64,000 bases of DNA from Candidatus Thorarchaeota archaeon (GCA_046482545.1 JAWOEX010000024.1:51879-115878); one strand, 5' to 3'. Counted from the first letter of the stretch, positions 40,088 through 50,325 are shown. Notes: a model not told the origin generated them from the sequence alone. Made by a program: numbers and translations.

Positions 40088-40222
40088 TATAATGCTGAAA
40101 CAAGTATATTGGAGCCTGATTCCTAATTGATGAGACGAGTTTATCACACTCGAAATGAATGATAATAGGAGAGCACAAAATCGGTTCTAACCCAGATCCA
40201 TTAGGACCTGCAACAAGGAGCG

Positions 40223-40930
40223 ATGCTAGTGGTCAAAGTCCTGAGGAAAAGCGACTTGGTGTATCTCTCAGGTCGGGCTAGATTCTTCCATAATGAAGCC
40301 ATAGTACTGCTGATTGTTGGTTCCATAATTATGTTTGCAGTTCCTTATGTCGGTTTTCTGCTGGGTCTAGTAATACTAACATTGGCTACGGCATACTGGA
40401 AGCAGTATACTGATTATGACACAGGCATTCAGGGGGAGCAATTGGTAAGTCAAACGCTGAAAGAACTAGATGAAGAGTACTACCTTCTTGAGGATGTCAA
40501 TTTGCTTTCCGTAAAAGGAAATATTGACCACGTTCTAGTTGGCCCAAATGGTATTTTCGCAATAGAAGCAAAGAACTACAGCGGGAAAGTATCCTGTCAC
40601 AAGGATATGTGGTATCACACGAAACGGTCAGGAATGCATAAGACGGAGATACAGAGCGTCAGCATTCAAGTAAAAAAGAATGCTGCTAACCTGAATAGAA
40701 CACTTACGAATTTTCTCGGCACTCAATTCACAAATCGGCTTTTTGTGGAACCAGTAGTTGTTTTCACTGATGATAAGATGGAGCTCAAGACCAAGGAGCC
40801 AACAGTCCTTGTTGCCAGAGTGGACAGCCTGCTGGATATCCTTCAAAGACACAGAATGCAGTATCATTATAGCACGAATCAAGTTGATACGATAGCACAA
40901 GCTGTCCCAGGCGCTTGTGGAGGAAGATAA
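40223..40930 (+). CDS. Membrane-anchored NERD-domain nuclease-like protein
   Basis: Two TMs, then G.QGE..V, NIDHVLVGPNGIFAIEAKNYSG and Q...NA. Confidence 0.85.
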   Translation: MLVVKVLRKSDLVYLSGRARFFHNEAIVLLIVGSIIMFAVPYVGFLLGLVILTLATAYWKQYTDYDTGIQGEQLVSQTLKELDEEYYLLEDVNLLSVKGNIDHVLVGPNGIFAIEAKNYSGKVSCHKDMWYHTKRSGMHKTEIQSVSIQVKKNAANLNRTLTNFLGTQFTNRLFVEPVVVFTDDKMELKTKEPTVLVARVDSLLDILQRHRMQYHYSTNQVDTIAQAVPGACGGR

Positions 40931-40960
40931 TATCAACCTATCATGGAACAATCTATCTAA

Positions 40961-41752
40961 GTGGAGAAATATAAAATGAGCAATGAACTAGATGATAAAA
41001 TCAAGAAGAATCTATTGGAATTCGCGGTTAGGAGTGCGGAACAAGCTGGTGATCTAACCCTAGAATACTTTCGTGCATCTATTGACGTAGAAAGGAAAGA
41101 TGATGAAACTCCGGTAACGGTAGCGGACAAGCACTCCGAGCGAATACTTCGTGATGCTATAGAAGCGGAATATCCTAACCATGCCATTCTTGGTGAAGAA
41201 TACGAGAACAAGAACACCGACTCATCCTTTAGATGGATTCTCGACCCTATTGACGGTACACAGTCATTTGTACGCGGTGTGCCTTTGTATGCGGTTTTGG
41301 TTGCTCTTCAGTATGAGGGAAATCCCCTTCTAGGAGTCATTCACATTCCACCGCTCCACGAAACAGTTGCAGCGGCGATTGGAGTGGGATGTTTTCATGA
41401 TCATAAACTATGTCATATAGCTGAGACCAAATCACTCTCAAATGCGTGGGTACAGGTCACCGATGTGGTGTCGCTGGCAAAACACAGACCGACTCTTCTT
41501 GAGCGTCTTCTAGCGGAAGTTGGTTTTCTGAGAACTTGGGGGGATGCTTATGGGTACCTGCTTCTTGCTACTGGCCGAGCTCACGTTATGATTGACCCAG
41601 TCATGGAAATCTGGGACATCGCCCCCTTGATGCCAATCATAACCGAAGCAGGAGGATGGTTCGGAGATCTCGACGGTAAAGCCAACGCTTTAGGAGAATC
41701 AGCTCTGGCTTGTGTGCCTTCCCTTCGTGAAAGTCTATTGACCCTTTTCTGA
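40961..41752 (+). CDS. Inositol monophosphatase family / histidinol-phosphatase HisN-like
   Basis: PVTVAD, GEE, WILDPIDGT, WGDAYGY and WDIA motifs. Confidence 0.88.
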   Translation: MEKYKMSNELDDKIKKNLLEFAVRSAEQAGDLTLEYFRASIDVERKDDETPVTVADKHSERILRDAIEAEYPNHAILGEEYENKNTDSSFRWILDPIDGTQSFVRGVPLYAVLVALQYEGNPLLGVIHIPPLHETVAAAIGVGCFHDHKLCHIAETKSLSNAWVQVTDVVSLAKHRPTLLERLLAEVGFLRTWGDAYGYLLLATGRAHVMIDPVMEIWDIAPLMPIITEAGGWFGDLDGKANALGESALACVPSLRESLLTLF

Positions 41753-42178
41753 AAAGGGGCGAAACTCAAAACCAATATGTGGTAATCAAGGTGAGCTATG
41801 TGTTCTCTATTTCACTTAGTATCTTAATTAACATCACAACTTCGATTCCAATCTTCTCAAACTCATCGTAATCACCGTAAGAACGGGCTGATATCAATTT
41901 GGCTCCTCAAAAGGCGCTGTTGCAATACGCAAGAACCTCAGCCAGCCAATCATAATACCTAGCCCACCAAGATTGAGTATGATTCCAAGATTAATCTTCT
42001 CAGCTGTAATCAGAATCAATACAATTGACACAAGAATATGGCTTCCACCCAAAGAGAATCTCATTTCACCCTATACCATTGGAGCCCTTTTGAAGGAATA
42101 ATGTTCCAATGCATATGAATACTGTCAGAGACTACTGTTGTGATGAAGGACAGTCTTTCTTGGTTTTCTGGCTCACAT

Positions 42179-42220
42179 AGAAAAAGGAGATTTGAAGGAG
42201 GGCATTGCAGCCCATCCTTC
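42179..42220 (-). terminator. Hairpin plus T-tract terminator after actin
   Basis: GAAGGA(T)GGGC-loop-GCCCTCCTTC stem (42194-42220) followed on the minus strand by CTCCTTTTTCT. Confidence 0.55.
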
Positions 42221-42239
42221 TGAAACTAATTGCCTTGCA

Positions 42240-43385
42240 TCAGATACAGCGGTGAATGACTTCCGGCCCAGCTTCTTCGAACTCTTTCTTGCTGACCCAC
42301 ATCTTCTGGAAGGTCTTAAGTGAAGCAAGAATGGAGCCGCCAATCCAAACTGAGTACTGTCTCTCAGGAGGAGCAATGATGCGAACCTCGAGGTTCTCAG
42401 GTAGTTGTTCAGAGACCTCCTTGTGGAGCCTCTCCTTGAGACCTGGGAACATGGTTGAACCACCAGACATTACGATGTTGGCATAGAGCTCACGTCGCAA
42501 GTCAACGTCACACTGCTTAATTGACTCGACAATGTGATCATCCATCGGGATGGTATCAAGTCCAATTGCGCTCGGATTGAAGAATAGCTCTGGCGCTTGG
42601 AACCGTTCTGCGCCTATGGTAATTGTTTCACCATCAGGCAACATGTAGGGTTTGTCTACGCCGGCCTTGTCGGCAACCTGTCTTTCCTTCTCAGGATCAA
42701 GTGCAACGTAGCATAGCTTCTCCTTGATATCCCTCACAATTTCCTTCTCCGCACCACTTACGAAGGTATAACCACGCTGTCTCAGGAGTCTCCGGAGGTA
42801 TTCAGTTATGTCACGACCTGCCAGATCGATTCGCCTGATTGCATGAGTAATAGCAAAACCCTCGTAGATAGGTACAATGTGAGTAACACCATCTCCTGAG
42901 TCAATAACAAGCCCTGTGGTTCTGCCTGATGCATACAGTGATAAGACAGCTTGTGTCGCCACGTAAACCGCAGGAACTCCAAAATTATCAAACATGACAG
43001 ATGCCATGCGCTCTCTATTCTCTCGTGGATTGAATGGTGCTTCAGTAAGCAGTACGGGATTCTCGCTGGGGTCAACCTTCAAGTCATTATAGAATGTGTA
43101 TGACCATATCTTCTCAATTGCATCCCAGTCATCAATCACACCGTGTGTAATAGGATACACCAGTCGAAGGACACCACGTAGGTTGATTGCCTCTTCACCG
43201 ATATAGTAGTCCCGAGTGTAATGGTCAACATCAGTCATTATTGACTCATACCGGGGATACCCAATCAGTGTAGGCCAAACACTACGGGGCTGGTCTTCTC
43301 CCGCGTATCCGTTCTTACTCAGGCCTGTACCGTTATCAATCACAATGGGCTTCGCGCCCAAGTACTCGTCTTCCGCCAAATTCAT
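42240..43385 (-). CDS. Asgard actin (Lokiactin-like)
   Basis: [75 protein letters not shown] and C-terminal GP.VIHRCI motifs. Confidence 0.97.
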   Translation of the reverse strand: MNLAEDEYLGAKPIVIDNGTGLSKNGYAGEDQPRSVWPTLIGYPRYESIMTDVDHYTRDYYIGEEAINLRGVLRLVYPITHGVIDDWDAIEKIWSYTFYNDLKVDPSENPVLLTEAPFNPRENRERMASVMFDNFGVPAVYVATQAVLSLYASGRTTGLVIDSGDGVTHIVPIYEGFAITHAIRRIDLAGRDITEYLRRLLRQRGYTFVSGAEKEIVRDIKEKLCYVALDPEKERQVADKAGVDKPYMLPDGETITIGAERFQAPELFFNPSAIGLDTIPMDDHIVESIKQCDVDLRRELYANIVMSGGSTMFPGLKERLHKEVSEQLPENLEVRIIAPPERQYSVWIGGSILASLKTFQKMWVSKKEFEEAGPEVIHRCI

Positions 43386-43681
43386 CAGTCCTCTTTTTTA
43401 TTTTTGATTCGTGCTAGAACAGGATTTCCAAAACCATTTGCGAATTAACAGTTCGTAATGCCGTATTTAAGCCTTGTTTGCATGCTTTCGATAAATCGCC
43501 AATTACTTTCAATACCTATATGAACTATATATGAATGACAGGAAGAGGAAATGCACGGGTTCAAATCAACCCTCACCTTATTGTTGAAATGATATTAGAA
43601 GTGTTCTGGAGTGTGTATTCTCTGGGTATTACTGTCAGTAATATCAGCATAGCAAAGCCGTGTATCCTGAGAGGACATCAC

Positions 43682-43700
43682 AATATCATATATAGATATT
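43682..43700 (+). promoter_or_regulatory. Palindrome overlapping the TATA box of the wHTH-CARF gene
   Basis: AATATCATATATAGATATT is the perfect palindrome AATATCTATATAGATATT with one extra A; it ends 28 nt before ATG 43729. Confidence 0.45.
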
Positions 43701-43728
43701 ATATTCGTCTTACGAATTGGAGTGTCTG

Positions 43729-44511
43729 ATGTTAATAGAGTCTCCTGAAGAAATCATTCGTGAAGAGGTTTCAAGTGTCCGTGCGAGAAAAATCATTCTA
43801 GAGGAACTACAACAGGGACAGAGGACTGGTACTGAGCTCAGAGAAGCAATAAGGGAAGACTTGATTGCTCGAGAAGAAGAAAAAGGCAATGGTCAAGAAG
43901 AGGTAAAGGTAACCGATCCAAAGCTCTACTTCAATACTAAGCATCTTGAGAAGAAAGGAATAATCTCTAGTTCTAAGAAGGGGCGACAGAGGATATATCA
44001 GCTTTCTCCTAAAGCGATTCACCCAGTTCGAAGAGTTCTCAATTTCGGTAGGCCTAATCTACTCATCACATCCGTAGCAATGCCCGATGACCAACGACCT
44101 CTTGCTAAGTGGTTAAGCCGAGATAAACGAATAGATGTCAACATAGTTAGAGTGTTTGTCAGTGAGCGTCGTTTTTCCAGAGGTGTCCAGAGAAGCTTGT
44201 CGCGATTCGTGCCAAACGACTGCAAGAAAAAGTGGGAAACTAGTTGGCACGAGATACCAGACAGTCTGCTTGACAGCACCGTCGTTGAAGGTCATGGCAA
44301 TCTCAAGGGAATCTATGAGTATATGGAAAACGTGGTTCTTGAAGATATGCAGGAATATAGTCTAATTGTCGATGTCTCGATGGGGCCAGCAGTTATCGTC
44401 TTAGCTCTTTTTATGTTAGCATTTGATTATTCACTCGAAGCATTATACCTAGATAGAACAGAGAGAGGAGAATTCCGTACCTTTAAACTACTCCCGAGAG
44501 GATCGCCTTGA
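43729..44511 (+). CDS. N-terminal ArsR-like wHTH + C-terminal CARF-like (Csa3-like) domain protein
   Basis: wHTH segment KLYFNTKHLEKKGII...GRQRIYQL; Rossmann-like C-half from NLLITSVA to LIVDVSMGPAVIVLAL...ALYL. Confidence 0.65.
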   Translation: MLIESPEEIIREEVSSVRARKIILEELQQGQRTGTELREAIREDLIAREEEKGNGQEEVKVTDPKLYFNTKHLEKKGIISSSKKGRQRIYQLSPKAIHPVRRVLNFGRPNLLITSVAMPDDQRPLAKWLSRDKRIDVNIVRVFVSERRFSRGVQRSLSRFVPNDCKKKWETSWHEIPDSLLDSTVVEGHGNLKGIYEYMENVVLEDMQEYSLIVDVSMGPAVIVLALFMLAFDYSLEALYLDRTERGEFRTFKLLPRGSP

Positions 44512-45200
44512 TTTCAAACGACCCTACACATCAGCTTCGATGGATACAAATCGGTCTTGAAAGAAAGATACATGTCATCAAAGAAATTATTCGAGATAAG
44601 CGAAGAAAAACTCCTAGAAGAAACACCAGAACTCTTGAGAAGCTAAACCACTGGGAGAACTCAATAGAATATATCGAATCGAAGCTTACCGACATAGAAG
44701 GTACATTAGGGCCAAAGCTGGAGGAAGAACTGGGCATTGATTTCAAAGATAACGAGCTCCTGCAGATTGCGATGTTTCAGCCAAGTACAAAGAATATCTT
44801 CCTTGAGATTGAGACAGAATATCGCTATGATAGAAACTGCCCCTTGTCAAGACAGGATTTCGAGAATCTAGTCAACGTCCCCGAGATGGCGCAGGCCCTT
44901 GCCTTAGTAGGAGATGCTGCTATTGACATGTCGGTACTCCATCATTTGTGGGAACCTACTGCTGCGGATGTCGGAATGCTAACACAGCGCAGGGCAGATA
45001 TTGTTTCAAATGAACATCTGGCAGATGTCTGCAATAGCTGGGGGCTGTATGAATATAGAATACACTTTGATCCAAGCCATCCTAGCACAGCTGAAATGCA
45101 ACATGACAAGGGCACGTTACTGGAAGCGGTATATGGTATCATCTACGTAGAATATGGGTTTGAAGCAGTGGAGAGAGAAATAACACACATTCTCCGTTAG
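44508..45200 (+). CDS. Ribonuclease III-family protein lacking dsRBD (Mini-III-like active site)
   Basis: LEEELGIDFKDNELLQIAM, ALALVGDAAI, VSNEHLA and GTLLEAVYGIIY.EYG motifs; TTGA overlap with the upstream stop. Confidence 0.85.
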   Translation: MISNDPTHQLRWIQIGLERKIHVIKEIIRDKRRKTPRRNTRTLEKLNHWENSIEYIESKLTDIEGTLGPKLEEELGIDFKDNELLQIAMFQPSTKNIFLEIETEYRYDRNCPLSRQDFENLVNVPEMAQALALVGDAAIDMSVLHHLWEPTAADVGMLTQRRADIVSNEHLADVCNSWGLYEYRIHFDPSHPSTAEMQHDKGTLLEAVYGIIYVEYGFEAVEREITHILR

Positions 45201-45769
45201 ATGATGGAGCACCCAGATTGTTCGATTTTCGTGTTTCCTTTGCACATATTCATCTTGTCTTGACGAAGGGTAGTCACAAAACACGAAGCCATGAAGAAAG
45301 GCCAGAGGAAAGACCAAGTCTTGTTGACGGATATCGCCACTCTCTACCAACCGGACTGCATTAGCTCCCGGAGAGTTCGCGGCTGTTCACCCTGTTCAAT
45401 CGAGCTTTTCTGTCCTCGGTGGCGATATCAGGGAGATAATTATGACTGAGGCGTGGGAAAGACTGTGGGATACCTCTCTATAGCTGAAAGTGATGTTTTA
45501 GCAGAGTACACAGGAAGATGAAGCTGGGATCGTGGGGATGATTCCATTCCAAGGAACACGGACAAAGTCCATACTGACTCAGAAGCATTCGGGTGTTCTG
45601 AGGGCGGTGATATTGGCAGGATGGGTGGAACACAGAATTTTCACGCAGTTGGGTTCACTCAACTGGTTAGAAATTGATTATCCAGAAACTGTCTTTATTT
45701 GTACACTTTGAATCTTAGCATTGGAAAGGAACAGGATTATTAGGCAAATCCAAGCGAAAAATAGCTGTA

Positions 45770-47551
45770 ATGTTACCCGTATCAACTGAACTAGCGATAC
45801 TATTTATTGTTTTAGCTGTTGTACTTGTCCTGTTTGTTATTGGACGTTGGCGTTATGACATCATTGCGTTGTCCGGTTTGTTGGCACTTACAGTTACCGG
45901 CATAATTCCTCTGGACCAAGTGTTTTTGGGATTTGTTCATCCTGCAGTGGTCACGGTGGCAGCTGTATTAATTATATGTTGCGGCCTGAACAATTCGGGC
46001 GTCGTGGATATTATTGTTAGAGAGATGTCTCGGGTTGGAGATAATACACTCATTCAGCTATTGGCACTTACAGGATTAGTTATTGTGCTTTCTGCTTTCA
46101 TGAATAACATAGGTGCTCTAGCGCTCCTAATACCCGTGACAATCAGAATGGCTAGGAGGAGCGATAAATCACCATCGCTTCTTCTCATGCCGCTTGCGTT
46201 TTGTTCCATACTAGGAGGGCTGATAACGATGATTGGCACTCCTTCAAACATCATAATTGCAACATTCAGAGCCCAAAATGGCCAAGAGCCTTTCCTTATG
46301 TTTGATTTTCTTCCAGTTGGCTTGGGAGTTGCCGTAGCCGGTATGTTGTTCATGTCATTGGTTGGGTGGCGCTTAATTCCTCAGCGTGAGGGAGCGGCAG
46401 ATGCGGATTTGTCTCTGGTTGATGACTATATTACTGAGGTTCACATACCTGAAGAATCGAAAATGGTTGGAAAACGAATCTACGATTTGGAATCAGCCTC
46501 TGAGGCAGACATAGCAGTAGTGGCACTCTTACGAAAAGACGAACGTTTTAACACACCTCACAGCTTGAGGAGCTTGAAAGCGGGTGACCATCTAATAGTC
46601 AGGGGAGAAACTGAAGACCTGAAGATACTGGTTGAAGCTACTGAGCTGGAGCTTGCTGAAACCAAAAGAAGCAAAGAAGACATTCTGCAAACAGATGATG
46701 TAACTATCATTGAGGTTGTGATAGCAACTAACTCGATAATGGATGGGAAAAGTGCACGAAGATTGAACTTGCATGGCCGCTATGGGGTCAATCTGCTCGC
46801 CGTCTCTCGTCAAGGTAGACGATTAAGAGCTCAAATAGGTGACATCCGGCTGCGAATAGGAGATGTGTTATTACTTCAAGCTCCAACAGCGGAATTGAAT
46901 GAAACTCTCTCAGTCCTTGGCTGCTTGCCCTTGATTGAAAGAGAAATGAGGTTTGAAAAGCCTCATCGCACACTTCCTACTATAGGCATCTTCACAGCAG
47001 CATTGCTAGCTTCTGCTGTGGGCCTGCTACCCGTTCAGATAGCATTCGTTATGGCTGCGTTAGCCATAGTGGTCGTGGGAGTCGTTCCACCCGATGAAGC
47101 TTACAAGGCCATTGATTGGCAAGTAATTGTCCTACTGGGAGCTATGATTCCAGTCGGACATGCTTTGGAAACCACAGGAGGGTCACAGCTGATTGCCACC
47201 ATGCTTGTTCAGATAGGAGGTGCTGGTTCTCCATTTTTTGTCCTGACAATGCTACTAGTCATTGCCGTACTTCTATCATGTATCGTGCATAACGCGGGCA
47301 TAGCAATTCTTTTGGCCCCCATAGGTATGAATATTGCACTACAACTTAGTGTATCAATGGATCCGTTTCTGATGGCAGTGGCAGTTGGCTCGGCAAGCGG
47401 CTTTCTCACGCCTATTGGGCATCCCTCAGAGTTATTGGTCATGGGGCCCGGAGGCTACATGTTTGGTGATTACTTTCGAGTTGGTTTCTTATTGGAAATC
47501 ATTGTGATTATATTAACAATTATGTTGATTCCACTGTTCTGGCCCTTCTAA
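45770..47551 (+). CDS. SLC13 family permease with two TrkA-C domains
   Basis: SAFMNN, GG..T.IGTPSN, central RCK-C repeats and FLTPIGHP...VMGPGGY.FGD motif. Confidence 0.92.
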   Translation: MLPVSTELAILFIVLAVVLVLFVIGRWRYDIIALSGLLALTVTGIIPLDQVFLGFVHPAVVTVAAVLIICCGLNNSGVVDIIVREMSRVGDNTLIQLLALTGLVIVLSAFMNNIGALALLIPVTIRMARRSDKSPSLLLMPLAFCSILGGLITMIGTPSNIIIATFRAQNGQEPFLMFDFLPVGLGVAVAGMLFMSLVGWRLIPQREGAADADLSLVDDYITEVHIPEESKMVGKRIYDLESASEADIAVVALLRKDERFNTPHSLRSLKAGDHLIVRGETEDLKILVEATELELAETKRSKEDILQTDDVTIIEVVIATNSIMDGKSARRLNLHGRYGVNLLAVSRQGRRLRAQIGDIRLRIGDVLLLQAPTAELNETLSVLGCLPLIEREMRFEKPHRTLPTIGIFTAALLASAVGLLPVQIAFVMAALAIVVVGVVPPDEAYKAIDWQVIVLLGAMIPVGHALETTGGSQLIATMLVQIGGAGSPFFVLTMLLVIAVLLSCIVHNAGIAILLAPIGMNIALQLSVSMDPFLMAVAVGSASGFLTPIGHPSELLVMGPGGYMFGDYFRVGFLLEIIVIILTIMLIPLFWPF

Positions 47552-48042
47552 GGAAAGATGCTGGGCAAAATTGCAGTGCCACTCATCTCACATAGAGAGT
47601 ACATATTATATATTGAAGCTTGGCCTTCATGGCATCAAAATCACTATCTTCTGGGCAGTGCGCTTAATATACCATACGAGCCGATTCAAGATGTTTCACA
47701 AAACGGAGTCTCAGCATCTCCCAAGGGAGATTAAATCGAGCTCCCATGGTGCAAAGAGATAGGTTCGTGAAAAGGGCATTGGATTGCTTTCTGTCGTGTG
47801 AGTGGTTCACCAATGTCAAGAAGGCGAACATGGTTCTCATATTGCTATGTTATTTACGCCCATTTCTCATCACCCGATAACTTAGCGGACAAGAGGACTT
47901 CTTCCGGCATATCCGTGATTCAGATGATTTTTACAAAATCCTAACTGATACTGTCAGGAATCTTCGTTATGACCGGCCTAGTTACAGGTGTGAAGAAGGC
48001 CTGTGGATAAAGAGTATGCTTTCTAGGAGACTATTTCTGGCC

Positions 48043-48582
48043 TTATTCCAGCGCACGGTCATGTTTCACTTTCAGCCTCGCCTTCTGATACTCCAAGGTA
48101 TTATCTGTCATCATGCCTCGGCAATATCGATTTGGATTACAATAGCCCCATTGACGTAGACTCTTACATGAAGGAGATGACCTTACAGAATAGAATGGGG
48201 GGGTGAGTAGATTTGCTGCAACTAAGAAATTGACAACGGTTCTTATATTATTCTTGGTAAAGGCTAGCCTGATACAGGGTGGGGCTTTTCTGACATTTTT
48301 CCACGTTACAAGATCAAAGAGATGATACCAGAGTTTGCATTTTTTTGCCTTGTACAAAAGATTACAATTCCTGCAAAAGCCACCATGGATTGACACGTCG
48401 CATAGCTCATCTCGCGTTGTGGAGGTGAGGCCGGAGCCCTTCAATAGATGGAACTTCACCTCGATGAACCATTCAGGTGTAAAAGAACCAAACTCCTCGA
48501 TGAATGAGCCGAGCTCCTCGCCTAACTTATCGGGAGTCGTATTCCATTCTGAGCTAAGGTGGGGAATTGCATTCTTGTTCAT
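48043..48582 (-). CDS. Cys-rich protein with primase large subunit C-terminal Fe-S-like motif
   Basis: PPCI...NFL...Y...PSCKSLRQWGYCNPNRYC, plus an upstream C/H cluster. Confidence 0.55.
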   Translation of the reverse strand: MNKNAIPHLSSEWNTTPDKLGEELGSFIEEFGSFTPEWFIEVKFHLLKGSGLTSTTRDELCDVSIHGGFCRNCNLLYKAKKCKLWYHLFDLVTWKNVRKAPPCIRLAFTKNNIRTVVNFLVAANLLTPPFYSVRSSPSCKSLRQWGYCNPNRYCRGMMTDNTLEYQKARLKVKHDRALE

Positions 48583-48818
48583 TTTTCAACCGTCTGCTGG
48601 TACTTCTTTCTATAAAGCAACAATTTTCAGGGTTCTATCAACTGTTTTACAGTAGATGGTTCCTACAAATAGTTCTCTGTCAGAAACTTATAAAGACACT
48701 ATAACGCCTAAAACAATATCAAAGAGAAACACCCCCTCATTCCACTAACGGCCCGGACAATTCTTAAATTGAGATTCATATGACCTGATATCTAGCCAAT
48801 CTCTGAGGTTGTCACCAT

Positions 48819-49832
48819 ATGCCCCAATTGAATATTAGAGCTAAAATCCCATTCAAAGAAGTGCTTACCAACATACGAATAGCCGACTTGGATGGTAGCG
48901 GGGTAGAAACGCTTGTTATGTCAACTATGGGTGGAGACATCAGAGTAATCGAGTTTCAAAATATAGAAACTGGGCAATTTGAAGAAAGATATCGGGCGCG
49001 TGATCTTCCTCCGCACTCAGCACTAGCATTAGGCGATGTGAATGGAGATGAAAACATTGACTTCGTCATCGGAGGGTTAGACAACCAACTGAGGGTTCTA
49101 TCCATCATCGACGGGGATTTGAAAATTCATGCAGAAACACCAGTAGGAACACTGCCAACAGGCATTTGTATAACAAATCTCTCGGGAACGGTGGCAGAAG
49201 AGGTTCTTGTGGGGTCCAACGATAAAGCCCTCAGGTGTTACGGCTGGTTCGATCAATGTCTCGATAAGATTGCCCATAAAGTGGTTGACATGCCAGTCTT
49301 CTCCATAGTCCCTTTGCGGTCGGAAGGCATGTCATACAATAGATTTGTTTTTGGCGATGAATCTACCAACTTGTATGCTTACAGATACGCTGATGATAGG
49401 TTACATGAATTGGTCAGACGAAAGACCAAAGGAAGCGTCGAATTGGTGGCCACAGGGGATATTACTGGGAATGGTATTGACGAAGTCGTCTCTGTATCTG
49501 ACGGAAAGTACCTTGGTCTCTATGCTGTCGTCAAGAGAGGTTTTGACAAGTTTGATGGTCTTACTGCACCACAGGAAATAACCTCGATATACGTAGGCAA
49601 TCTCTTTCCAAACAGTGATGGGGAAGGGCATCTGGTTGTCAGTCATGCTGATTCTTTGATTGCATTATTCGAACTAGATGGGCGGAGGCTGGTTCAAAAG
49701 GGATCAGTTAAAGCTATGAGTAACGCTGTTGATTCCATGGTCAGCTGTGGGGATCTAGATGGTAATGGAAAGATTGAGATAGCTCAAGCGGTTGGGCATC
49801 ACTTGAATATTATCGAAATTGAAGAGGATTAG
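48819..49832 (+). CDS. Seven-bladed FG-GAP-type beta-propeller without signal peptide
   Basis: Seven approx. 45-aa repeats with D(L/V)(D/N)G(D/N)G loops (ADLDGSG, GDVNGDE, GDITGNG, GDLDGNG). Confidence 0.8.
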   Translation: MPQLNIRAKIPFKEVLTNIRIADLDGSGVETLVMSTMGGDIRVIEFQNIETGQFEERYRARDLPPHSALALGDVNGDENIDFVIGGLDNQLRVLSIIDGDLKIHAETPVGTLPTGICITNLSGTVAEEVLVGSNDKALRCYGWFDQCLDKIAHKVVDMPVFSIVPLRSEGMSYNRFVFGDESTNLYAYRYADDRLHELVRRKTKGSVELVATGDITGNGIDEVVSVSDGKYLGLYAVVKRGFDKFDGLTAPQEITSIYVGNLFPNSDGEGHLVVSHADSLIALFELDGRRLVQKGSVKAMSNAVDSMVSCGDLDGNGKIEIAQAVGHHLNIIEIEED

Positions 49833-49837
49833 TTCCC

Positions 49838-50254
49838 CTAATCGAGTTTGGGCATGTATACCTCGGAGGGCCGCTGTACACGGATTTCCTGAACATCGAC
49901 CCTTTTCTTGATACGCGGAACAAATTCTGATTCAATCCAATTCTTTACCTTCTCCCGGGCTGAATCAATCGTCTCTGCTTCCGCATTGACATCTACTCTA
50001 ACAAAAAGATTGTAGGGTTCCCGATCAGTGACCTCTTTCTTTATCATTCCCCAGAAAGCCTTCGATCCTTCAGGAATTGCGATACGGCCAGATATCTCGG
50101 ACCAGTGCTTGCCTTCGAATTTCCTAGATACCAACGCCATATCTTTGAGTTCGGGTATAGATTCCAAAGCATCCAAGACTTTTTTGCCATCAGCTTCTAG
50201 GTTGGGTTGGTTCAATTCCGCGGTGATGTAATGATCGGCTCTGAAAATCGCCAT
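49838..50254 (-). CDS. Hypothetical protein
   Basis: 138-aa ORF with normal composition, ATG start and upstream TTTAA element. Confidence 0.65.
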   Translation of the reverse strand: MAIFRADHYITAELNQPNLEADGKKVLDALESIPELKDMALVSRKFEGKHWSEISGRIAIPEGSKAFWGMIKKEVTDREPYNLFVRVDVNAEAETIDSAREKVKNWIESEFVPRIKKRVDVQEIRVQRPSEVYMPKLD

Positions 50255-50325
50255 TCTAGACTAGAACTCCACTGATTTCTGGCAACGGGTATCTGGCGGC
50301 GCTCTTAAACGTGATGGTTGGTCGG

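Noticed and set aside
40120-40160. Hammerhead-like TGATGA...GAAA
   Set aside because: The core is TTGATGA rather than CTGANGA, and stems I-III do not pair properly.
47558-47770. Rhodanese-like scrap (H.LGSALNIPY) in the spacer
   Set aside because: Too short and interrupted to support a call.
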